64,000 nt of DNA, from positions 1,696,001 to 1,760,000 of the forward strand of contig OZ252243.1 of assembly GCA_965249555.1 (NCBI GenBank), read 5' to 3'. The notes below the pieces were generated by a model. It saw only the letters and a list, made by a program, of their open reading frames with translations, made no database searches and was not told where the DNA came from. Below are positions 8,799 to 18,899 of this stretch, piece by piece. Origin of the DNA: Nitrosopumilus sp. Lineage in GTDB: Archaea; Thermoproteota; Nitrososphaeria; Nitrososphaerales; Nitrosopumilaceae. How positions within the stretch are numbered: the stretch's first letter is position 1; the number at the start of each line of letters is the position of its first letter. The position numbers and the translations under genes are program-made.

Positions 8799-8974
8799 TG
8801 TTCTCTAAGAAAAAAATTACTATTGCATATGCTGTTGAAAAATGTCAAAAATGTGGAACGCTAAGAAAAAGAAAATTTACTGAAGGCGACGTTTTGTTTA
8901 CTGAATCATCAAAATGTACTTCATGTGATGGAATTACAAGTATTGAAAAAATATTTGGCGAAACTATTGAGTAA
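8795..8974 (+). CDS. Small Zn-ribbon protein (59 aa, not in ORF track)
   Basis: MMFSKKKITIAYAVEKCQKCGTLRKRKFTEGDVLFTESSKCTSCDGITSIEKIFGETIE; ATGA overlap with the upstream gene. Confidence 0.75.
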   Translation: MMFSKKKITIAYAVEKCQKCGTLRKRKFTEGDVLFTESSKCTSCDGITSIEKIFGETIE

Positions 8975-8991
8975 TGATTTTTTGATTTGTA

Positions 8992-9438
8992 CTAGACAAC
9001 CTTTGTAAATGAAAGAGATGTTTGCTCAAAACCTATTTTATGGTAAAATTCATGTGAGTTTGTTCTTTGATTACCTGATTCAAGTCTAATCCTGTGACAT
9101 TTTTTCTTTGTTGCAATTTCTACACAATGTTTGATGATTTTTTTTCCAATACCTTTACTCTGATAATTTTTTGCGATTACTAATTCTGAAATATACATTT
9201 CAGGAGTTTTTCTATTCAATCTTGCTAGAAACATGATACTAACTACGCCAATTACATTTCCATCTAGTTTGGCAACTAGAATCTGTTTGTCAGTGTCATT
9301 CATGTATTTTTTTACTTTATTTTCAAATTGTTCTGCTTCTGAATTATTTTGAGGTCTTGGTCTTTCAAGTTCATACAAAAGGCTCAATACCACTGGAATA
9401 TCATTTTTTGATGCTTTTTTTATAATGATATTTTTCAT
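8992..9438 (-). CDS. GNAT family N-acetyltransferase
   Basis: YQSKGIGKK acetyl-CoA motif; FYHKIGF. Confidence 0.88.
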   Translation of the reverse strand: MKNIIIKKASKNDIPVVLSLLYELERPRPQNNSEAEQFENKVKKYMNDTDKQILVAKLDGNVIGVVSIMFLARLNRKTPEMYISELVIAKNYQSKGIGKKIIKHCVEIATKKKCHRIRLESGNQRTNSHEFYHKIGFEQTSLSFTKVV

Positions 9439-9539
9439 ATTTTTTATGTAATGTGATGTTGTTTAAACAAATCTTCAATTATTAATTCATAATTCTATGC
9501 AAGATTACAAAACCAAAATATTTACAAAAAATAAATATT

Positions 9540-9653
9540 TTATCGAAAGTCTTCATCTGACATTTTTGGCAATGTTATCGTAAAAATAGTAGGTGGGGAC
9601 GTTACAGAAACTGTACCGCCATGTAATTCTATAACTGACTTGACACTTGCAAG
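9540..9653 (-). pseudogene. C-terminal remnant of a histidine kinase HATPase domain
   Basis: Translates LASVKSVIELHGGTVSVTSPPTIFTITLPKMSDEDFR*, similar to the HK end at 46870-47070; cut at the MITE boundary. Confidence 0.7.
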
Positions 9654-9709
9654 GGCTCTGGTCACTTCTGACCATTAACTATGCTAGATCACCAGAACTG
9701 ACCAGAGCC
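9654..9709. mobile_element. 56-bp MITE-like IS remnant with 17-bp TIRs
   Basis: GGCTCTGGTCACTTCTG (9654-9670) and CAGAACTGACCAGAGCC (9693-9709), one mismatch; no TSD. Confidence 0.6.
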
Positions 9710-10593
9710 GTTGTTACTGTCACTCCATTTTCATTTGGAATGAATGTGTGCTCAGCTTGAGCCACTCTTTGCTCATTTACTTCAATAAGAATAGGATAAG
9801 CTTGAACTGCTTTTTTCTTTATTAAAATTCCTAGCAATTCTCTTGCTTTCTTTTCCTCCCATTCTTTTGTTATCCATCTTAATGCAAATGGTAGCATGTT
9901 AAAATTCTCCCAGATAAAATCAAGTAATCTGTCCGCCTCAGAATCTTTTATCTTCTTTCGTGAATTTATAGCAAAAATATTTTTTATTTGTCCGTTTCTA
10001 ACAAATCCTCCACCTTGTTCTGTTGTTACAAATGGTTCACATGCATACGCGGAATTTTCTGACAGTGCAAATCCTCCAATTGACCAAATGTTTGGAATAG
10101 ATTTTCCAGCATGTATTGTGTATTGTCCTAATGAGTGCCCACTAAGATTTGCAATTGGTTTGAATCCTCTTTGTTTTATTGTGGCTTCAATTGATCTACC
10201 CATATCACTTACTTTCACTCCTGACTTTATCATAGACATTGCATTTCCTAATGCATCTTCAGCTGTTTGAACCAAGCCGTCAAATTGAGCATCATAACAA
10301 ACAGTTACTGCAGTGTCTGCAATGTAGCCATTAATTTGTGCACCCAAATCAATTTTTATTAAATCAGTATCTTTGATTGTAATTGGATCATTTGGTTCTG
10401 CAGTATAATGAGCTGCAACTTCGTTAATGCTCGTATTTACTGGAAATGCACATTTTGCTCCTCTTTTTTTAATTTCTCCTTCAACTTCTTCACAAATTTC
10501 ATAAACTGTTTTCCCAATCCAATTTTTTACTCTAACCATCTCTCTTACTTCTGAAGCAATTTTTCCTGCTTTGATGTAATCATCGATTTGCAT
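9679..10593 (-). CDS. map: Methionine aminopeptidase type II
   Basis: AAHYT, KIDLGA, DTAVT, NLSGHS, CEPF, QAEHT metal-binding motifs. Confidence 0.95.
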   Translation of the reverse strand: MQIDDYIKAGKIASEVREMVRVKNWIGKTVYEICEEVEGEIKKRGAKCAFPVNTSINEVAAHYTAEPNDPITIKDTDLIKIDLGAQINGYIADTAVTVCYDAQFDGLVQTAEDALGNAMSMIKSGVKVSDMGRSIEATIKQRGFKPIANLSGHSLGQYTIHAGKSIPNIWSIGGFALSENSAYACEPFVTTEQGGGFVRNGQIKNIFAINSRKKIKDSEADRLLDFIWENFNMLPFALRWITKEWEEKKARELLGILIKKKAVQAYPILIEVNEQRVAQAEHTFIPNENGVTVTTALVSSGDLA

Positions 10594-10673
10594 ATTCTTG
10601 ATCTTTGGGGTGCCTTTAAAATGATTATCTGAAGATTTGACTTCTTACCATATGGCTAAATCTCTTGCATGTT

Positions 10674-10980
10674 CTATTTTTCGTTCAACATTTTGGGTAA
10701 AATTACCGAAAATACTGATGGGGAACTATTGTAAACTATTTTTCCACCATGCTGCTCTACAATCATTTTACAAATGGATAATCCCAAACCACTTCCATGT
10801 GATTTAGTTGAAAACATAGGCTCAAACGCCTTTGATTCAACTCCTGCTTTGATCCCAATACCTGAATCTTCAAATCCTATCTCTATGTACTCTTTATTCT
10901 CACTTACTCTGATCTTAATGTATCCGTCATTGTTAATTGTCTCAAGTGCATTTGTTAGCAAGTTTGTAAAAACAGCTACT
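10674..10980 (-). pseudogene. Histidine kinase HATPase_c fragment (no sensor or HisKA part)
   Basis: N-box, DSGIGI, FEPMFSTK, GSGLGLSIC, HGGKI; no upstream coding sequence. Confidence 0.75.
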
Positions 10981-11097
10981 CAAATTGGCAAATCATTTGT
11001 GCTAAATGAAAATTATACCTAATTTTTATAATGAGTAAAAAGATCTGAATGCTTTTGCATCTGTGAAGCTTAAATTGGACAACTTTTAGGATTCACT

Positions 11098-11174
11098 GGG
11101 ATCGTGGTCTAGCTTGGTATGATTCTGCGTTTGGGACGCAGAGGTCGCGAATTCAAATTTCGCCGATCCCACCA
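11098..11174 (+). tRNA. tRNA-Pro(TGG), CCA encoded
   Basis: Acceptor GGGATCG/CGATCCC, anticodon arm CTGCG-TTTGGGA-CGCAG, T-arm GCGAA-TTCAAAT-TTCGC. Confidence 0.95.
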
Positions 11175-11372
11175 CTAATCATCATCTTATTATCAAATTA
11201 TCATTCAGTATTATTGCCGAGCAATGAAGAAGAGTTAGAGTAATGACTTTGAAAGCAATTTTCCAGATGACTATAATTATTCTTCATGGATATGATAAAT
11301 AATGGGTGGACGAGAAAATCACTACAAAAAGATCATGAATACTGATTACTCAATAGATCGGGATCAATCAAA

Positions 11373-11747
11373 TTGAATAGGGTAAAAAATTCAAGAGTAA
11401 AAAATAAAGATCAATTAAATATCTATAATTTATCAAATAAATTAATAACTAGAATGACAATGCTAGGATTATTAATCCTAGCTCTCAGTATAAGCACAAT
11501 ACCTGCATTTGCAGAGACAGAAAATTTATCACCATACAAACAATTCAATTCTGGAATACCAATTGATGAAATACAATGTAGAGATTCAAAAATTCTTCTA
11601 GAATCACCTAGTGGAAAACCATCTTGTGTGAATGACACATCAGTGGAAAAACTAAATCAAAGAGGATTTGTTGAAATTACAACAAATTATGAAACATCTG
11701 TTTTAAATTCAAATGTTATAGAATCTAAAACAATTACAGTACCATAA
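11373..11747 (+). CDS. Exported protein with thaumarchaeal SPxKQ-C..CV..KL.QRG module, probably truncated
   Basis: Signal peptide MTMLGLLILALSISTIPAFA followed by LSPYKQFNSGIPIDEIQC...CVNDTSVEKLNQRGF. Confidence 0.55.
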   Translation: MNRVKNSRVKNKDQLNIYNLSNKLITRMTMLGLLILALSISTIPAFAETENLSPYKQFNSGIPIDEIQCRDSKILLESPSGKPSCVNDTSVEKLNQRGFVEITTNYETSVLNSNVIESKTITVP

Positions 11748-11768
11748 TGCTAGTAGAGAAATATTACA

Positions 11769-11879
11769 ATGAAAAAGATTGAATCTGAATGTTTTTGTGG
11801 CTATGATAAAAAACATCATAATGTAAATGGGTTTTGCAATAAATGTACCTGTACTAAATTTACAACTACATTATATTAA
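11769..11879 (+). CDS. 36-aa Cys/His-rich microprotein
   Basis: MKKIESECFCGYDKKHHNVNGFCNKCTCTKFTTTLY. Confidence 0.4.
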   Translation: MKKIESECFCGYDKKHHNVNGFCNKCTCTKFTTTLY

Positions 11880-12357
11880 AAATGTGAATTAAACTATTGA
11901 AGCCTCAACAAGTTTTTATTTTAGGTTAATTCAATTATTTTATGGATTGTAATAGTTGTCTTAGCTTAGAAAAGATGATAATTCTTTATGGTAAAAATCA
12001 GTGTTTTATAGATTTGAAGAATAGCCATAAAAAATTAGCACATAAATAAATCGATACATAAGAGATAAATCAAAAAATATTTTGTAGTCAATCAGATCTC
12101 ATTATATTATTGAATGTCAAAATGTACTTGTACTAAATATTATAATTCATTAAGATAATCGGGATATTTTTTTTAAGCATACTTGAATCTATCTTTTTTT
12201 CGATTTTTATGTAATGTATAATTTTTATCCCAATATATTGAACAGCATTTGAGATGCGGACAAGCTGTGGGGTTATAGAATTTGGATACACAGATTTTAG
12301 GTATAGTTTGTATTAGGAATACAAGATTTTTATACCGATTTTTTTTAATTAAATAAA

Positions 12358-13458
12358 TTGAATTATTTTGGGTTTTTTATTATTGGGTTTTTAGTTTCAA
12401 TTATTGCAATACCAGGAGCTTATGCAGATACACAATGCAAAGAATATTACCTACCAAATCAATATCAATACGAAATAATTACACCACTAGATCATTCAAT
12501 TACAAATGGAAAATTTTTACAGCTTTGTGCTGAACCAAATTATTTATGGTATAAAATTTATCTTGATACTCTAGAGGCTGGAAGCCTTACAATAACAGTT
12601 CCAAAAGACCAACTTGATTTAAAACAATTTGATTATGAGTCCTGTTATCCTAATGACTTGAAAACAAATATTGACTATGATAGGACTATAACGGTAACCC
12701 AAATTGCACAAACTGATACTTCACGCACTTTAAAATTTACTTGGATTGACCCTATAACTTTTATTGAATATTTTGGAACTCATGCTATTCTTGATGGTGT
12801 TGATTATTCTGAACCTAATTGGTGTATCGGTTTAGTTGATAGTTTTCTTGAGAATGGAGAAAATGATAGAATAATTAAAAACGACAATAATTGGAAAATG
12901 GTTAATTCTTCGGATGTTGATATTGAAAAAAGAAATTATGTACCTGACTCATATTGTCCTAGTCAGATTAATCTCAATTATACTATTTCACAAGGTAGTG
13001 TCGACAAGATTTGCAGAGATGTTGATAATAATATGTTTACTTTTTTTACTAGTGATATTATTAATATTAGTAAATTAACTGTTGATATTTCTTATGATTA
13101 TTATTCTAATTTTCATGATTATAGTCCTATTGAGATGCTTGTTTATTATCCAATTATTGTGTCTAATGGACAAGAAATTCCTCATTTAGTTACAATAAAG
13201 AATAAAGAAAATTTCCAAACTTTTCAAATCATATTATTACCCAACACTAAAACAGTTGAGTTTGTTTATCCATTTTTACTAGGTTCTAATGATTCTATAA
13301 AATATATTTCTAAAACAGTTGATCTTGATTTAGAAAAAAAACTATGCAAATCTGATTTTGTATCTTTAATGAAATTTGATAAAAGTAAATCTGTTTGTGT
13401 GAAACCCTCATCTGTTGAACCATTAATTCAACGTGGTTATGGTTTTATTGATACCTGA
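12358..13458 (+). CDS. Exported hypothetical protein with two internally similar domains and a C-terminal CK..CVKP..LIQRG module
   Basis: Signal peptide; repeated 'L(D/N)(H/Y)(S/T)I..G....(L/I)C' segments; very AT-rich. Confidence 0.65.
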   Translation: MNYFGFFIIGFLVSIIAIPGAYADTQCKEYYLPNQYQYEIITPLDHSITNGKFLQLCAEPNYLWYKIYLDTLEAGSLTITVPKDQLDLKQFDYESCYPNDLKTNIDYDRTITVTQIAQTDTSRTLKFTWIDPITFIEYFGTHAILDGVDYSEPNWCIGLVDSFLENGENDRIIKNDNNWKMVNSSDVDIEKRNYVPDSYCPSQINLNYTISQGSVDKICRDVDNNMFTFFTSDIINISKLTVDISYDYYSNFHDYSPIEMLVYYPIIVSNGQEIPHLVTIKNKENFQTFQIILLPNTKTVEFVYPFLLGSNDSIKYISKTVDLDLEKKLCKSDFVSLMKFDKSKSVCVKPSSVEPLIQRGYGFIDT

Positions 13459-13656
13459 TATTTTAATGCTGAAATTAGAATGATATTATAAAAGATCACT
13501 TTTACACATATTTTGATAAAAACTAGGTTTGATTTTGATATTTAGATGATTATTTTGTGATCTCTATTCTACAGATCATTTTTATAGAAAAATATATTCA
13601 TTCTATAGGTATATGCACAGACAAAATTAACAATCATATTATTCTTTTCATTATTA

Positions 13657-14148
13657 ATGTTAATACCAAGTATTGTAAATACATCTCAACAAGCTGATGC
13701 TACAATAGATGAGAATCTTTACAAATTTGATACAGGATTTTATGAAAAAATTGAACAGTTACAATTAGATTTAGAAAATGAAAAGAAGCAATCAGATACA
13801 AGAGAACAACAAATAATCCCAACACATTCTGTAATTATTGTAACTAATGATGGTTTTGAAACTCAACTAAATGAATTGTTACAAAATGTTAATTCTATAA
13901 TTGTTTTTACTGATACTGAATTAGATTGTGTAATTGCAGAAATTCCAATTGATCAAATTATACCTCTTGTGTTAAATGAAAGTGTTGTAAAAATTGGTGA
14001 TGGTGAAGAACAGCTTGAACTTCAAGGTCTTACAATGACACAAGCTAAAACGGTAATTGGAGCTAGTAATATTCCTTCATCTGCTTATTCTTATACGGGA
14101 CAAGGCATTACAGTTGGTATTATTGATACTGGCGTAGATATAAGGTAG
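13657..14148 (+). pseudogene. Truncated subtilisin-like (S8) protease: propeptide and first catalytic motif only
   Basis: Ends at YTGQGITVGIIDTGVDIR*; the His and Ser motifs are absent downstream. Confidence 0.7.
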
Positions 14149-14404
14149 GTCTCTGTGTATCATATTTTTGGCTATCAATTAATTCCTCAATTTTTCCAAT
14201 GTCAAACTCCATTACAGTAATAACACAAATTCAATAAATTAAACTTTTTTTATATTACCAGTTCTTAGATATATTGTTGAATAGAGAAACGTTAAAGCCA
14301 ATTATAAGCAAAAATGCTTTTAAAGTAACGACTTTGAAATGAAGACAACTAATTGGCTCTGAGCTCCGGCATGTTTTTATTAATTCTAGGATGTCATAAT
14401 TTTA

Positions 14405-14650
14405 TTGAAATTTGAAAGACGAGATATTCTTTTGATTGTGGGGCTCTTGCTTTTTATGATTGGTCTGATACCTTTCATGGGTCTTGCTTATGCCGTGATT
14501 ATTGTAGTAATCATGTATTTTATGATCAAAGTGTATGTGGGAAAGCGAAAACAATCCATTGAAAGAGACGTAGGCGAAGGAATCTGTATGGAATGTGGTT
14601 CTAAAATAATCAATAAGAAATGCCCTACTTGTGATGATTCTCAGGAATAA
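14405..14650 (+). CDS. Small membrane protein with C-terminal Zn ribbon
   Basis: Two hydrophobic segments, then CMECG...CPTC. Confidence 0.7.
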   Translation: MKFERRDILLIVGLLLFMIGLIPFMGLAYAVIIVVIMYFMIKVYVGKRKQSIERDVGEGICMECGSKIINKKCPTCDDSQE

Positions 14651-15085
14651 TTCCTACATGATTCCTCAGCATGCCTAAGTTAATACAAAATGTACCATCT
14701 TTCACTGTTTGGTCGTTTTAAGCATACAAATCATAAATTGTATTATTCCTTAGAATGAGGCGTTTGAATTCAAAAATTATCCCTATTGTTATTGTGCCGA
14801 TAGTTATCGGGTTGGTAATATTTTCAATATCTGGTAATTTTAATTCAAAACTCTCTAGTTCAAATCACATGCAATTACTAACTATCAAATGAAGATTTGT
14901 GTTCAAAACTCTTTTTTATTCAAGGATAATTCATACGAATCCTCTAAATAATAAAAAACAGTTCTTTTACGCATGAAAAACCAACAAAGAGTTGTATTTC
15001 TGAGGTCAACTTTAACCACAAGCTCAACTTTTCCTCAATTTCATTCTAAAATGAGTCCTTTAGTCATCCAAATTAGGAAACAGCA

Positions 15086-18000
15086 ATGAATCGGAATCTG
15101 TCGATAGTATTTTCTATATTCCTACTTGTAGGAATCATAGTTCCAGCATATGCTCAGACTAGCCCTGATAATGTTGTAATTAATGAAGTGGACATTAATC
15201 CTCCTGGTGATGATTCATCATCTATATCTGAATGGGTAGAACTTTACAATCCAACTGATTCTGATATTGACTTGAGTGGTTGGGAAATTGCATCTACCAC
15301 TGTTCTCAAAAAAACAATGACTATTTCTTCTGGTATAATACTTGAACCAGGACAATTTTTAACATATTCATATCAAACTGTTTGGTTTACTGATTCAAGT
15401 GAATCCGTTGAACTTAGAGATGAAAACGGAATTGTTATTGATAAGACTCCTGTACTTACTGATATTCAAAATGACTTTACGTCATGGCAGAGAATTTATG
15501 ATGGTTATGATTTGGATAGTTCTAATGATTGGAAATTTGTTACCTCTACGGCTGGTTCATCAAATGGAAAACTAATTGCAACACAAGACTCGGAAGAAAT
15601 TATTGTAACCATCTCATCAGAAAAACCTTCTTATCTATTCGGTGAAGTTGCAGTACTTGAAGGACATATTCCTGAACAAGTTTTCATTGCTCCTTCATTT
15701 ATTCTCCCCGAACCAATCATAGTAACTATTTCAGGTCCTAACTTTGACAAAATTCTAACTCTATATCCTGATCTAAATCTAAATTATGACGCTACTCTTA
15801 GTTTACAACAAGTTCTTGGAATCAATGAAGGAGTTTATGATGTAACTGTAGATTATGCTGGAGCAACAGCAAATACAAGTTTTTCAGTTGGATTTGAATT
15901 AATTGAACTAGAAGAAAAAGTAGATGGCTCACTTAGTATTCTTACTGATAGTTCTCAATATCTTCCAGGACAAACTGTTTCGATTTCCGGTTTTGCTGAT
16001 GAAATAATTCCTTTTGAGGGAATGAAATTTACTGTTACAGATTCTCAAGATGTGGTGATTTCTACTGGAAATCTATTTCCAACTAACGGTGAATTTGCAA
16101 CTAGTGTATTTTTAACAACTATATCCCCAGACTATGGAACTTATGAGATTAATGCTGAATATTCAGGCAAGTCTGTTTCTACTACTTTTGAGGTTGTAGA
16201 GGACATTAAAGAAGATGTACCAATCTCACTTTGGACTGATAAAATAGCTTATGGTTTAGGCGATACTGTAACAGTTACTGGAAGAGTAAACACTCATTGG
16301 ATAAATGCACTTGATTTGGATATACAACAGACCACCAATCTTGCTTTAGGTGTAGGTGATCAGTCTGGTGGTGGTTCTTCTTTCAAAATTCAGGATATCG
16401 TAAGACTTGATGGTGATAGTAAATTTGAATATTCATTTACTATTCCAATTAGTGATTCACGATTGGGTGATTATTGGATACAAGTTGCCAAAGATGTTGG
16501 CTCTGCCTCTACCATAATTCACGTAGTTTCAAATCCTAGTGAATTTGTTGTTTCTGATGACCCTCTAACAATTAGTTCTGATAAAAAAATCTATGAACTT
16601 GGTGATGATATGATCGTTAGTGGATTTATCAAAGACCCATTTAGTAATTCAAGTTATAAAACTGGAACGACTGTAGATATTTCTGTTTCACATGAAGATG
16701 GAACTCCTCTAGAGATAATTGGTTTGCCAGGAGGCAAAAAATTATCGACTAACGGTATAGTTGTTGCTTATGCCTTTACAGCAATTCCTGAAACTTCTGG
16801 AGGCTATTCACTCAAAATTGATATTGATCAACTTATCTTCACTGCAGGAAATTATATTTTAAAATCTCAATATTTAGATGAGACTGCAACACAAACATTC
16901 ACAATCATTGATTCTCTTGATTTGACAGATGGAGCGATTATTTCAATTGACCAAGAAGTTTATGGTCTGAGTAATACTGTCTATTTGACTGGTATATTAC
17001 CTCCTACTAGTGATACAAGTGTTGAAATCTCATTAACTAAACCAGATGGAACCATAATCAATTCTGGTGCAACTGTTGACAATCAACGTTTTTCCTGGTC
17101 TTGGGTTACTCCAATTGCTGAAAAATATCAAAATATCAAAACTGACGATGGACGGGATGTGCTAAAATCTAATTTTGGAGTCTACAAAATTAGGGTTGCT
17201 ACTTCCACTTATAGTACTGATCTCTTCTTCAAAGTCTCTGCTGATCCGGAAAATGACTCTTTATCTTCAACACCTCTCTTTGTGTCCACTGACAAATCAC
17301 TGTACAAGGCAGGTGACACATTAAAAGTAATTGGAAATGTCATCAAACTTGAACAAGGAGATGAAGGATTAATAGTTCCAGAAAGAGTACAGATCAAAGT
17401 GTCTGATGGATCTTTCCCATTCAAACTAATTCATGAATCTTTTGTTTATCCAGATCAAGGTGGTGAATTCTCAAGTAACTTTGAATTACCTATTACCATT
17501 TTTAGTGAAGGACAATATACTGTAAAAGCACTTTACGTCAATACTAATGTTGTAGTGGAATTTAGCGTAGCTAATGATTTTGTTTTCGGTACTGATGTAC
17601 CGTTATCTCTTTTAGTAACTACTGACAAATCAGAATATTATCTTGGTGATACCGTAATAATTAATGGAAAGCCAAGTAAGTTGATCTATCTTGAAAAATT
17701 TGATGTAAGTGTTATTCAAAAAGTAGATTCTGGGATCACATGTGGCTCATTTATTTGTGGCGCCAACACTGGACCTGTTGTTTCTATTAGTCCAAGTCCT
17801 TCTGGTTCATTTACTTATGAATTCCCAATTCCTGATTCCATGTCATCTATTGGATCATACGAAGTAACAGTTGATGCTAACTTTGATGCAATAACTATCC
17901 CATTTGTTGTAATTGAAAAACCTGAAACACCAAAATATGATACTGTAATTGAAAAAGAAAACCGAATCTCTGAAAAAATGATTTCTATTTTTACTGAGGA

Positions 18001-18373
18001 AAAAACTACTGATGATGTAACTCTTGCACCTAGGGTTATTTCTGGTTCTTTGATTACTCCATCAAGAGATGATGAATCCAATGTTAATCTGAAAGTATCT
18101 ACTGTAACTGGTATCTGCATTATTGGTCCCGGTGATGATTGTTTGGTAAATGAATCTACCAGAAAACAAGGCCAAATCTATGATATTGTTGAAGTTGATG
18201 GAATTAGTCTTAATGTGAGATATAGTGGTCCTGATGTGCGCCTAGAAAAATTCAGCATTTTACCTGAATCATCTATTGAATTTTTGCCTGATGTAAATTG
18301 GAACGTTGAAGTCATTAAAGATGACCAAGTTTCACGATTCTATTACAAAGTCATATACAAGACTTTAGAGTAA
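15086..18373 (+). CDS. Large exported lamin-tail-domain protein with repeated Ig/MG2-like domains
   Basis: Signal peptide; VVINEVDINP...EWVELYNPT...DLSGW; repeated TDKxxYxxGD/ETV motifs. Confidence 0.85.
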   Translation: MNRNLSIVFSIFLLVGIIVPAYAQTSPDNVVINEVDINPPGDDSSSISEWVELYNPTDSDIDLSGWEIASTTVLKKTMTISSGIILEPGQFLTYSYQTVWFTDSSESVELRDENGIVIDKTPVLTDIQNDFTSWQRIYDGYDLDSSNDWKFVTSTAGSSNGKLIATQDSEEIIVTISSEKPSYLFGEVAVLEGHIPEQVFIAPSFILPEPIIVTISGPNFDKILTLYPDLNLNYDATLSLQQVLGINEGVYDVTVDYAGATANTSFSVGFELIELEEKVDGSLSILTDSSQYLPGQTVSISGFADEIIPFEGMKFTVTDSQDVVISTGNLFPTNGEFATSVFLTTISPDYGTYEINAEYSGKSVSTTFEVVEDIKEDVPISLWTDKIAYGLGDTVTVTGRVNTHWINALDLDIQQTTNLALGVGDQSGGGSSFKIQDIVRLDGDSKFEYSFTIPISDSRLGDYWIQVAKDVGSASTIIHVVSNPSEFVVSDDPLTISSDKKIYELGDDMIVSGFIKDPFSNSSYKTGTTVDISVSHEDGTPLEIIGLPGGKKLSTNGIVVAYAFTAIPETSGGYSLKIDIDQLIFTAGNYILKSQYLDETATQTFTIIDSLDLTDGAIISIDQEVYGLSNTVYLTGILPPTSDTSVEISLTKPDGTIINSGATVDNQRFSWSWVTPIAEKYQNIKTDDGRDVLKSNFGVYKIRVATSTYSTDLFFKVSADPENDSLSSTPLFVSTDKSLYKAGDTLKVIGNVIKLEQGDEGLIVPERVQIKVSDGSFPFKLIHESFVYPDQGGEFSSNFELPITIFSEGQYTVKALYVNTNVVVEFSVANDFVFGTDVPLSLLVTTDKSEYYLGDTVIINGKPSKLIYLEKFDVSVIQKVDSGITCGSFICGANTGPVVSISPSPSGSFTYEFPIPDSMSSIGSYEVTVDANFDAITIPFVVIEKPETPKYDTVIEKENRISEKMISIFTEEKTTDDVTLAPRVISGSLITPSRDDESNVNLKVSTVTGICIIGPGDDCLVNESTRKQGQIYDIVEVDGISLNVRYSGPDVRLEKFSILPESSIEFLPDVNWNVEVIKDDQVSRFYYKVIYKTLE

Positions 18374-18398
18374 ATTCAAAATACTGTTCATTTCATAA

Positions 18399-18899
18399 TT
18401 GAGTGAAGTGAAGTTACAAGTTTTGATGTTTTATCAAGATGATCCAAAAAAATGCACAGCTGCCAAGATGGTAAAATTTGGTCTTGCTCAAAACATCAAA
18501 AAGATTGGCAATAAAGGATTAGTTTTAGATCCTTTTTCTGAAAAGACTTTACTACCTAAAGATAAATCTTCGATTAATTCTATTATTGGAATTGATTGCT
18601 CTTGGAATTTAACAGACCAGGTATTTTCTAAAAAATTTAATGGTATTAAACGAAAACTTCCGCCACTACTTGCAGGAAATCCTGTAAATTATACAAAACT
18701 AAACAAACTAACTACTGCTGAAGCATTGTCTGCATCATTATTCATTTTAGGTTTTAAAGAACAAGGTTTAGAATTACTTGATAAATTCAAATGGGGACAT
18801 ACTTTCTATGAACTCAATCAAAACCTTCTAGATGAATACTCGAAACTTGAAAATGAAGACCAAATAGAACAAATTCTCAAAGATTTTGGATTGTTATAG
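18399..18899 (+). CDS. tsr3: 16S rRNA aminocarboxypropyltransferase Tsr3 (DUF367)
   Basis: DDPKKCTA, IDCSW, LPPLLAGNPVNY, KFKWGHTF motifs. Confidence 0.9.
   Translation: MSEVKLQVLMFYQDDPKKCTAAKMVKFGLAQNIKKIGNKGLVLDPFSEKTLLPKDKSSINSIIGIDCSWNLTDQVFSKKFNGIKRKLPPLLAGNPVNYTKLNKLTTAEALSASLFILGFKEQGLELLDKFKWGHTFYELNQNLLDEYSKLENEDQIEQILKDFGLL

Noticed and set aside
9590-9660. GC-richer stretch initially resembling a riboswitch or ncRNA
   Set aside because: It translates as a histidine-kinase C-terminal remnant on the minus strand
11175-15085. Integrated provirus or casposon at tRNA-Pro
   Set aside because: No integrase, Cas1, polymerase or viral genes, and no duplicated tRNA 3' end found
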